A stretch of DNA of 64,000 bases from an uncultured Rikenella sp. (GTDB lineage: Bacteria > Bacteroidota > Bacteroidia > Bacteroidales > VadinHA17), in the NCBI GenBank assembly GCA_964470815.1, contig CAYYEH010000005.1, positions 6,073 to 70,072 of the forward strand, read 5' to 3'. Shown in pieces: positions 9,018-17,033 of this stretch. The notes beneath the pieces are model-generated. The model was not told the DNA's origin and ran no database searches. It saw only the letters and a program-made list of their open reading frames with translations. Position 1 is the first letter of the stretch, and every line of letters begins with the position of its first letter. Position numbers and translations under genes: made by a program.

Positions 9018-10025
9018 ATGAAAAGAATACTGATTTCATCCGCACTGATCGTTTCCATGCTCTTACCCTCAATGGCGCAGGAGAAGGAACAGAAACTAAA
9101 GGAGCTTGAACAGCTTGAACAGCAGACAGAAAAGACCACCCTGCCGGACACCCTGGTTGCCATTGAAGAGGACCTGGAGGCATTGAATGAGCCTGAAGAG
9201 GACCTGGCAGCCATTGAGGAAAAAGAAGGCGATACCTCCCGGGTAAAAATCGGTGAAGTTGTTACCATTGAGGATACAGGTGACGAAACCGTTATCAGGA
9301 TCGGCAAGAAAGCCGTCAAGGTGATCAGCGAGAATGACAATACGGAGGTCAGGATTGAGGAGGATCTAACCTATTCAGGACACAGCCGCAAGCGTTTCAG
9401 GGGCCACCTGGGCGGCCCGGAGCTGGGATTCAACAGCTTTTCAACCGGCAGATGGCTGAACAATGATGTTCCCCTTGAAGGTTATCTTGACCTCAACACG
9501 GCCAAATCAACCTGCTTCAATTTTGTCTTTCCTCCGGTAAACCTCGGTTTCACAAGTCATTTCGGAATTGTTACCGGACTGGGCATAAATTTTAACAACT
9601 ACCGTTTTGACGGAAACAATACCATCGTGGTTGACGGTGAAGGAAATATCACACCTGCCTTACCAGCAGAACCGATACGGTATGAAAAGAGCAAGCTGGC
9701 TACCGTTTACGGGTTCATTCCGGTAATGCTGGAGGTACAGATTCCCGTTTCATACGGAAGCGCCATCAACCTCGGTGCGGGAGTAATCGGGGCAGTAAAA
9801 CTGGGATCGCATACAAAGGTTGTCTACTACGATGACGGGAAACAGAAAGACAAAAACCGTGACGACTTCAACCTCAACGTCCTGAGGTACGGCGTCACCG
9901 CCAGGGCGGGATACGAGATGGTTCAGGTGTACGGCACCTGCTACCTGTCGCCCATGTTCGAGAAAGGCAAGGGACCTGAACTCTATCCCTTCGAGATAGG
10001 CATTGCCCTGACTTTCAACGACTGA
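9018..10025 (+). CDS. Outer-membrane beta-barrel-like protein with acidic N-terminal region
   Basis: The signal peptide MKRILISSALIVSMLLPSMAQE starts at the ATG at 9018 (the track start 8976 adds 14 unlikely residues). An E/D-rich segment follows, then alternating beta-strand-like sequence ending in ...IGIALTFND. Confidence 0.55.
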   Translation: MKRILISSALIVSMLLPSMAQEKEQKLKELEQLEQQTEKTTLPDTLVAIEEDLEALNEPEEDLAAIEEKEGDTSRVKIGEVVTIEDTGDETVIRIGKKAVKVISENDNTEVRIEEDLTYSGHSRKRFRGHLGGPELGFNSFSTGRWLNNDVPLEGYLDLNTAKSTCFNFVFPPVNLGFTSHFGIVTGLGINFNNYRFDGNNTIVVDGEGNITPALPAEPIRYEKSKLATVYGFIPVMLEVQIPVSYGSAINLGAGVIGAVKLGSHTKVVYYDDGKQKDKNRDDFNLNVLRYGVTARAGYEMVQVYGTCYLSPMFEKGKGPELYPFEIGIALTFND

Positions 10026-10050
10026 CAGGCCGGATTAACAGGTTTTCTGT

Positions 10051-10086
10051 GAGAGGGTGTTCGCAATAATGCCCTCTCTTTTTTTA
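10051..10086 (+). terminator. Rho-independent terminator
   Basis: GAGAGGG (10051-10057) / CCCTCTC (10072-10078) stem followed by T8 (10079-10086). It lies 26 nt after the stop at 10025. Confidence 0.65.
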
Positions 10087-10146
10087 TTTATCTTCCTGGC
10101 ACAAACCGGTCTGTCGGCTTACTGTACAAAATCGGGTGATTTTATG

Positions 10147-10154
10147 TAAGTTTG
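10147..10154 (+). promoter_or_regulatory. Bacteroidota -7 promoter box candidate
   Basis: TAAGTTTG is an exact TAnnTTTG match, 68 nt upstream of the pepE ATG. Confidence 0.3.
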
Positions 10155-10221
10155 GGACGTTGAAACAGTGGAACGGGAGTCATGATTCTGACCCTGTAAA
10201 ACAATTAATAACCAGAGAGAA

Positions 10222-10941
10222 ATGAGACTACTTCTTATCAGCAATTCAACAAATGCCGGGGAGGCATATCTCGATTATCCGAAGAACAATATCAGGGATT
10301 TCCTGGGAAGCAGGAAGGTAAAGGCCCTTTTCATCCCCTATGCAGCAGTAACATTTTCATATGATGCGTATGAGGAGAAGGTTAAAAGCCGCTTTAACGA
10401 GGTGGGGCATGATGTTGTCTCCATCCATCGTTTCAGGGATCCGGTAAAAGCTGTCATGGAGGCACCGGCAATTGTTGTCGGAGGAGGCAACACATGGATG
10501 CTTCTCAGGTGCCTCAGGGAGAACAAACTGATTGACCCGGTAAGAAAAAAGGTTCTTGGCGGTACCCCCTACATCGGCTGGAGTGCAGGTTCAAACGTGA
10601 CATGCCCGACAATAATGACCACCAATGACATGCCTGTCACCATGCCCTCATCACCGAAAGCCTTCGGACTGATCCCATTCCAGATCAATCCTCATTACCT
10701 CGATGCCAATCCCCAGGGTCATGCAGGTGAGACGCGGGAACAGAGGATTGAGGAATTCATCGCCGTAAACAGGGAGGTTTTTGTTGCAGGGCTGCGCGAG
10801 GGGACAATGTTCCTTCTGGAAAACAGGAAGCTGTCACTCATCGGTCCGCGCAACGCACGCATCTTCAGGTATGGCAGCCAGCCACTGGAGATGCAGCCCG
10901 GAGCGGACCTCTCCTTCCTGCTGAAAAAAGCCGGGAAATAA
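10222..10941 (+). CDS. pepE: Dipeptidase E (peptidase S51)
   Basis: MRLLLISNSTNAGEAYLDY..., GGGNTWMLL, and GWSAGSNV (nucleophile Ser context). Confidence 0.9.
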   Translation: MRLLLISNSTNAGEAYLDYPKNNIRDFLGSRKVKALFIPYAAVTFSYDAYEEKVKSRFNEVGHDVVSIHRFRDPVKAVMEAPAIVVGGGNTWMLLRCLRENKLIDPVRKKVLGGTPYIGWSAGSNVTCPTIMTTNDMPVTMPSSPKAFGLIPFQINPHYLDANPQGHAGETREQRIEEFIAVNREVFVAGLREGTMFLLENRKLSLIGPRNARIFRYGSQPLEMQPGADLSFLLKKAGK

Positions 10942-10962
10942 TCAACTGCGCCTTAAGGGGCT

Positions 10963-13566
10963 ATGAGACTAGTTCGGAAAATAGCGCTTTTTGCCGGAGG
11001 ATTTCTGCTGCTGGCCATAATGGTACCAGGCCTTTATGCCGTCCTGAACCAGGATAAGCTGACCGGGGCCCTTACAAGGAAGGTCAATGAGAGCGTCAAC
11101 ACAAAAATCTCATATGGTGACCTGCGTATAACAATATTCGAATCATTCCCAAACATCACTGTTAAGTTCATCGGCCTGCTGGTTGAACCTTCCCCTTTTT
11201 ATGACAGGACACAATTCAGGTTTGAAAACCTCGATACTCTCCTCTATGCCTCCTCGCTGTCACTTACCGTGTCGATGCCCTCTCTCCTTACAGGTACCGT
11301 GGCGGTGAAGTCTATTACAGCCAGGGACGGAGAGGTGAACCTGCTCACTGACAAGCGGGGTGATATCAATTACGAGGTTTTCACTGAAAAAAAAGAAGAC
11401 GGCAAAAACGTCAGGCTGAAAAACATTACGGCCTCAAATATAAGGGCTGTATTCAGTGACCGCAGCTCGGGAATAAGGGTCTCAGGCAGGGTAAACCAGG
11501 CCAACCTGGGCGGAGAAATCTTCCGTACCGGTATTTATCTGAATACCAGCCTGAATGCTTTATTGGACTCGGCCAGCATTGAAAACACAACATTCAGGGA
11601 TATTCCGGTGGAAGCAGGCATCAGGTTGCGGAAATCGCCCAACTCTCTTTCGGTGGCCAGAGGGTCACTTGCCATTGCCGACCTGAAATTTGACATTACC
11701 GGCAATGTCAACTATTCAGCATCAACCCTGAATATCAGCATTGAGGGAAAGAAAATAAGCATTTCATCCCTGATTTCACGCCTGCCTGATAAATGGCGTG
11801 CTTTTACCGGCAATTTCTCCCCGGTAGGTATCATTGACCTTAAATGCGCTATTACAGGTCAATATGGTGAGGCCGGTAAACCCCACATCGAAATCAATTA
11901 CGGCCTCTCGGGCGGAAAGATGAATCACTCCGCCAGCGGTTTCAGGGTCAATAACCTGGAATTCAATGGCGCCATTACCAACGGGGATCATAATTCCGCA
12001 GAAACATTCCGCTTCACCATGGATAACCTCACCGCCGGTTTTGGTTCTGCCTCGGTCAGGGGTTCGTTCATGCTCAATAACCTGAACAGGCCACATGTCA
12101 CTCTTGCGCTCGACGGCGACCTCGACTTTAATGACCTGGGACGGATCTTCAGGTCAGGCTACATAGAGAATCAGACCGGATCGGTATCAGGAAGCGTTCG
12201 CCTCTCGGGAATCATTCCCGACAGCAGCCGGGTGGCGGATGCCCTTCCATTCATGAAACCAGATATTTCACTGAATTTCAAAAATTTCGGAGCGTCATTG
12301 GCTGACAGGAAACTGATATTGACAAACGTCAATGGCTCCCTTACCGTAAAAAATGACCTTATTGCCGACAGCCTTTCCTTCAACTACCGGGATCAGCGTT
12401 TCACTCTCAACGCCGTTCTGAAAAACTTTGTCCCCTGGGTGTCAGGAAGGCCCGAAATATTGGATATAAGTGGTAATTTGCACACAGACAGGCTTGTCAC
12501 CTCAATGTTCATTGCAGAAAAAAGAGATACGGCAGCGACCGAAGATAAACCGTCAGACCTGTTCCCGGCAGATGTTACAGCCTCTGTCGCCATCAGAGCT
12601 GACAGCCTGATATTCAATAATTTCAGGGCTGCAGGCTTCAGCAGCAGGCTTATATACAAGCCTTATGTAATCACCTTCGGGGAGGCAAAGGCAGAAGGGC
12701 TTGACGGCTCGCTTACGGGTGAATTTATGTTAAGCAAGCAGAAGGATGGCGGTTACATCACGAGAACCAATCTGAATGTCAGGGGCATAGATATCAATAA
12801 GGCATTCACGGCATTCAATAATTTCGGGCAGGATTTCATTGTCAATGATAACCTCCGGGGCAGGCTGACAGGAAATCTGGCACTTCTTGCGCCGCTCGAC
12901 GGTAACTACAAGGTATTACGGAAGGCAATGGTTGCAGAGGCTCATCTGCTCATCAATGAAGGGAGGCTGGTTAATTTTGCGCCTGCGGAAAGTCTTTCAT
13001 CGTATCTTGACCTGGACGAGCTTAAGGACATCAGCTTCTCGAAACTTGAGAATGACCTTTACATCAACAACGGTACAGTATCGATCCCAAAAATGCTGAT
13101 CAACTCCTCGGCTGTCAATTTTACCGCCTATGGCACCCATGGCTTTGACGGCGATTATTCGTATCATGTAAGGCTCCTTCTCTCAGAGGTCCTCAGCCGC
13201 AAGGCAAGGGAGAGAAACCGGGGTGTAAGTTCTTTCGGGCAGGTCAGGGTAGACGGCAGCGGAAAGGCTACAGTTCCTCTGAAGATAGAATGCATAAACG
13301 ACAAGATAAGTGTGGGTTATGACTTCGGGCAGGCACAGGACAATATTAAAAGTGATATTGCCATTGAAAAGCAGTCCCTGAAGGGAATCCTGAATGAGGA
13401 GTACGGATGGTATGAGACAGACACGACCCGCACAAGGCCACAGGAAAGCAAACCAAAATTCACCATTACCTGGGAGGAGGGCAGGGAGCAACCTGCAGCC
13501 ACTGAACAGCAACAGGAGGCGGTGAAGGAGAGTCCTATCAGGATCCTGTTAAAAAAGAAAAAATAA
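10963..13566 (+). CDS. AsmA family outer-membrane biogenesis protein
   Basis: 867 aa with an N-terminal anchor helix, a long beta-rich body, and an AsmA-like C-terminal region. Confidence 0.7.
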   Translation: MRLVRKIALFAGGFLLLAIMVPGLYAVLNQDKLTGALTRKVNESVNTKISYGDLRITIFESFPNITVKFIGLLVEPSPFYDRTQFRFENLDTLLYASSLSLTVSMPSLLTGTVAVKSITARDGEVNLLTDKRGDINYEVFTEKKEDGKNVRLKNITASNIRAVFSDRSSGIRVSGRVNQANLGGEIFRTGIYLNTSLNALLDSASIENTTFRDIPVEAGIRLRKSPNSLSVARGSLAIADLKFDITGNVNYSASTLNISIEGKKISISSLISRLPDKWRAFTGNFSPVGIIDLKCAITGQYGEAGKPHIEINYGLSGGKMNHSASGFRVNNLEFNGAITNGDHNSAETFRFTMDNLTAGFGSASVRGSFMLNNLNRPHVTLALDGDLDFNDLGRIFRSGYIENQTGSVSGSVRLSGIIPDSSRVADALPFMKPDISLNFKNFGASLADRKLILTNVNGSLTVKNDLIADSLSFNYRDQRFTLNAVLKNFVPWVSGRPEILDISGNLHTDRLVTSMFIAEKRDTAATEDKPSDLFPADVTASVAIRADSLIFNNFRAAGFSSRLIYKPYVITFGEAKAEGLDGSLTGEFMLSKQKDGGYITRTNLNVRGIDINKAFTAFNNFGQDFIVNDNLRGRLTGNLALLAPLDGNYKVLRKAMVAEAHLLINEGRLVNFAPAESLSSYLDLDELKDISFSKLENDLYINNGTVSIPKMLINSSAVNFTAYGTHGFDGDYSYHVRLLLSEVLSRKARERNRGVSSFGQVRVDGSGKATVPLKIECINDKISVGYDFGQAQDNIKSDIAIEKQSLKGILNEEYGWYETDTTRTRPQESKPKFTITWEEGREQPAATEQQQEAVKESPIRILLKKKK

Positions 13567-13569
13567 CCC

Positions 13570-14715
13570 ATGGACATCTACCGGAAAAGACTGCTGTGGA
13601 AGGTACTGCTTCTGATATTCGCGGTGATCATCGGTCTCGGGTCACTGATCTACACCCATGACCTGGTAGACAGGTTAAAGAAAGAAGAGCGCAAGAAGGC
13701 TGAGCAGTGGGCGGAAGCCACCCGCAGGCTGGTCACTTCTGACGACTTCGAGTTCCTGTTCAGCATCATAGAGGACAATACCACCGTGCCGGTGATACTT
13801 ATTGACGAGGAGGAGAGTATCATTTCACAGCGGAATCTCCCTTCAGCCATGGCTACAGACACCCTGGCGATGGTACGGGAACTGAAGCGGATGGCCAAAA
13901 GGAATGATCCCATTTCAATTGAACTGCCCAACGGAATCGTTAACCAGCTTTATTACCGGGAAAGCACCCTGCTGCGCCAGCTTCGGGTCTATCCCTATGT
14001 GCAGCTGGCAGTGATTCTGCTTTTCATCGGGGTTGCCTACGTTGCCTTCAGTTCATCAAGAATGGCCGAACAGAACCAGGTATGGGTGGGGCTGTCAAGG
14101 GAGACCGCTCATCAGCTTGGGACTCCAACATCTTCATTGTCAGCCTGGAGTGAGATTATCAGCAACAGGTACCCTGGTACCGATATAGCGGAGGAGCTCC
14201 CTGCAGATGTGGAACGGCTCAGCAGAGTTGCAGAGAGATTCTCACTCATAGGATCAAAACCAAAACTGCAGCCTGGTGACCTGTCTGAGCTGGCTGAGAC
14301 AACTGCATCATATCTCAGAAAACGGATAGCCTCAACAATTGACCTTAATGTGCAGAATGAGATGCCAGGAACCATTTCTGTGCCATTTAATTCTGTTCTG
14401 CTCGGCTGGGTGATTGAAAACCTTGTCAAGAACTCGGCTGACGCCATGAAAGGGAGCGGTAAAATCACCATAAGACTTACAGAAACAGGCCAAGAGGCCT
14501 TTATTGATGTTGAGGATACCGGGAAAGGAGTTCCGAGGAAGGATTTCAAAACGATTTTCAAGCCCGGCTATACAACCAGGGAGCGTGGCTGGGGACTTGG
14601 CCTCTCACTCTCAAAAAGGATTGTTGAGGAATATCACAAGGGAAGGATATTTGTGCTCCGTTCAGAGCCCGGACACGGTTGCTGCATGCGCATAATGCTG
14701 AAGAAGCCGGGCTGA
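13570..14715 (+). CDS. Sensor histidine kinase (intact)
   Basis: H-box ETAHQLGTPTSSL, N-box ENLVKNSADAM, G1 VEDTGKGVP, G2 GWGLGLSLSKR, and two TM segments. Confidence 0.85.
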   Translation: MDIYRKRLLWKVLLLIFAVIIGLGSLIYTHDLVDRLKKEERKKAEQWAEATRRLVTSDDFEFLFSIIEDNTTVPVILIDEEESIISQRNLPSAMATDTLAMVRELKRMAKRNDPISIELPNGIVNQLYYRESTLLRQLRVYPYVQLAVILLFIGVAYVAFSSSRMAEQNQVWVGLSRETAHQLGTPTSSLSAWSEIISNRYPGTDIAEELPADVERLSRVAERFSLIGSKPKLQPGDLSELAETTASYLRKRIASTIDLNVQNEMPGTISVPFNSVLLGWVIENLVKNSADAMKGSGKITIRLTETGQEAFIDVEDTGKGVPRKDFKTIFKPGYTTRERGWGLGLSLSKRIVEEYHKGRIFVLRSEPGHGCCMRIMLKKPG

Positions 14716-14727
14716 CAGAATTAAGTG

Positions 14728-15990
14728 ATGATAAAGCGAAGTGACATAGAGATTATGGCCCCGGCAGGATCATGGGAGTCGCTCAGGGCAGCAATACAGG
14801 GCGGCGCTGACTCTGTATATTTCGGCGTTGAGAAGCTGAACATGCGGGCCCGTTCATCTCATAACTTCACTACGGCTGATCTGCCGGCTGTTGCCACTCT
14901 CTGCAGGGACAATGGTCTGAAGAGCTATCTTACCCTGAATATCGTGGTTTACGACGAGGAGACAGATGAAATGAATGTTGTGCTTAAGGCCGCGTCACAG
15001 GCAGGAATTAACGCAGTGATTGCGACTGATCAGGCAGCAATTCTGGCAGCCAGGGAGGCAGGGATAGAGGTGCATCTCTCCACACAGCTCAATATTTCAA
15101 ATACTGGATCACTCAGATTTTATTCCCAATGGGCTGATGTGGCAGTTCTGTCAAGAGAGCTTAACCTGCAGCAGGTAAAAAAAATACATGACTCCATCGT
15201 AAGTAATGATATACGCGGGCCACGGGGTGATCTGGTCAGGCTCGAAATGTTTGTCCACGGTGCGCTATGCATGGCTGTCTCAGGAAAATGCTACCTCAGC
15301 CTTCATGAATACAACACTTCGGCCAACAGGGGTAACTGCTACCAGACCTGCAGGCGGGGTTACACCGTAACTGACAGGGAAACAGGCTATGAGCTGGACA
15401 TTGACAATCAGTACATAATGTCTCCAAAAGACCTGTGCACAATTGGATTCCTTGACCAGATAATTGATGCAGGTGCTCGCGTTCTGAAGATAGAGGGCCG
15501 GGCCAGGCCGCCGGAATATGTTAAAACGGTCACAAGGTGCTACAGTGAGGCGGCAGCCGCTGTTGCTGACGGCTCCTTCGGGAAGGAGAAAGCGGAGGGA
15601 TGGATGAAGCAGCTCGTAACAGTATTCAACAGGGGTTTCTGGGATGGTTATTACCTCGGGCAACGGCTGGGTGAGTGGACCACAACCTACGGATCTGCAG
15701 CCACGAAAAGGAAAATCTACCTGGGAAAAGTAACAAACTACTTTGCAAAACCGGCTGTTGCCGAGATCAGGCTTGAAACGGGAGATATCTCTGTCGGCGA
15801 TGACCTGGTCATCACCGGCCCTTCAACCGGCATCATTGAAATAACTGTCAGTGAACTCAGGGATGCTTTTGAAAAAGAGTCAGCAACCGTCAGGAAGGGA
15901 GAACTCTGTTCTGTTAAAATCAACAGCCAGGCAAGGCGAGCTGACAAGGTATTCCGCCGGGTTGATGCTTCCTCCCTGAAAACGGATTGA
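14728..15990 (+). CDS. U32 family protein (annotated as peptidase; probably an Fe-S hydroxylase-type enzyme)
   Basis: The N-terminus IEIMAPAGSWESLRAAIQGGADSVYFG is typical of U32. A Cx6Cx15Cx3C motif is present (15268-15351). ATG 14728 is preferred over GTG 14725. Confidence 0.85.
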   Translation: MIKRSDIEIMAPAGSWESLRAAIQGGADSVYFGVEKLNMRARSSHNFTTADLPAVATLCRDNGLKSYLTLNIVVYDEETDEMNVVLKAASQAGINAVIATDQAAILAAREAGIEVHLSTQLNISNTGSLRFYSQWADVAVLSRELNLQQVKKIHDSIVSNDIRGPRGDLVRLEMFVHGALCMAVSGKCYLSLHEYNTSANRGNCYQTCRRGYTVTDRETGYELDIDNQYIMSPKDLCTIGFLDQIIDAGARVLKIEGRARPPEYVKTVTRCYSEAAAAVADGSFGKEKAEGWMKQLVTVFNRGFWDGYYLGQRLGEWTTTYGSAATKRKIYLGKVTNYFAKPAVAEIRLETGDISVGDDLVITGPSTGIIEITVSELRDAFEKESATVRKGELCSVKINSQARRADKVFRRVDASSLKTD

Positions 15991-15992
15991 AC

Positions 15993-17030
15993 TTACCGCA
16001 GCCTTTCAGCTGCCTCCATCACCAGGGCTGCGTTTACGGCCTCGTCATCAGTTTCAGTATTAATATATATAACCTGGCCTTCAGGTCTCTTTGACAGGCC
16101 ATAATGATACGACCTGTCATAATATTCCAGGGTAATTCTGATTGCAGTTTGGTAATCGCCACCCTTCAGGGCTTGGATAGCCTCGCGGGTTCTGTCACCT
16201 CCCAGTCTCTTTGAAATCTTCATGACTGATGACATTATCTCTTCCACGGGGAAGGAGGTATATTCCCTGATCAGTCTTGGCATTCGTGTATCGATGCTCA
16301 TCATCAGGGCAATCACAGGGGCGGTCTGCATACGGGCAAAAAAACAGTCAGGCATGAATACCGTGCCGATGTTGCGGCTTTCATCCTCAAGCCAGACAGG
16401 TTCATCCTCACTCAAGCCGGACAGGTCATCGTAAAGAAGGTTTGCAAAGTGTTCCGATGATGGCTGCGGCGCCTGCCCCAGTGCCCCGAATGCTGATCCC
16501 CTGTGCGAGGCCAGTCGCTCGAGGTCTGTCACCTGGGCGCCTGTCGTCTTCATCTTCCTGAGGATGCCGGTTTTCCCGCTGCCTGTAAGCCCTCCGAGGA
16601 TAAGGTAATTTCTTCTCCTGCCCAGCTCTTCGAGGATAAAGCTCCTGTACGCCTTATACCCTCCCCTGAGTAACAGCGGTTCCATCCCGCCGACAGAGAA
16701 CAGCCAGGCCATTGACTCTGAACGCATTCCGCCTCTCCAGCAATAGAGCAGAAGCCTGCCTCCCGACGATAACTCCAGTCCCCGTTTCAGCTTATCAGAC
16801 ATTTCAGGGGCAGCAAGGTCAATTCCGCGCAGAACGGCATTTTTACTCCCCTCATTTTTGTAGATGATGCCCACTTCGGCTCTCTGGGCATCATCAAAAA
16901 GGGGAATGCTGACTGCTCCGGGAATGTGGCCGGCAGCATATTCACCCGGCGATCTTACATCTGCCAGGGGTATAACTTTCCTAAGTTGAAGGAACTGATG
17001 AACCGGCAGCCTGTCAGGTGTAAACGCCAT
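15993..17030 (-). CDS. selU: tRNA 2-selenouridine synthase
   Basis: Rhodanese domain with LLLYCWRGGMRS (active Cys) followed by the P-loop GGLTGSGKTG. The length of 345 aa fits. Confidence 0.9.
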   Translation of the reverse strand: MAFTPDRLPVHQFLQLRKVIPLADVRSPGEYAAGHIPGAVSIPLFDDAQRAEVGIIYKNEGSKNAVLRGIDLAAPEMSDKLKRGLELSSGGRLLLYCWRGGMRSESMAWLFSVGGMEPLLLRGGYKAYRSFILEELGRRRNYLILGGLTGSGKTGILRKMKTTGAQVTDLERLASHRGSAFGALGQAPQPSSEHFANLLYDDLSGLSEDEPVWLEDESRNIGTVFMPDCFFARMQTAPVIALMMSIDTRMPRLIREYTSFPVEEIMSSVMKISKRLGGDRTREAIQALKGGDYQTAIRITLEYYDRSYHYGLSKRPEGQVIYINTETDDEAVNAALVMEAAERLR

Positions 17031-17033
17031 TGC

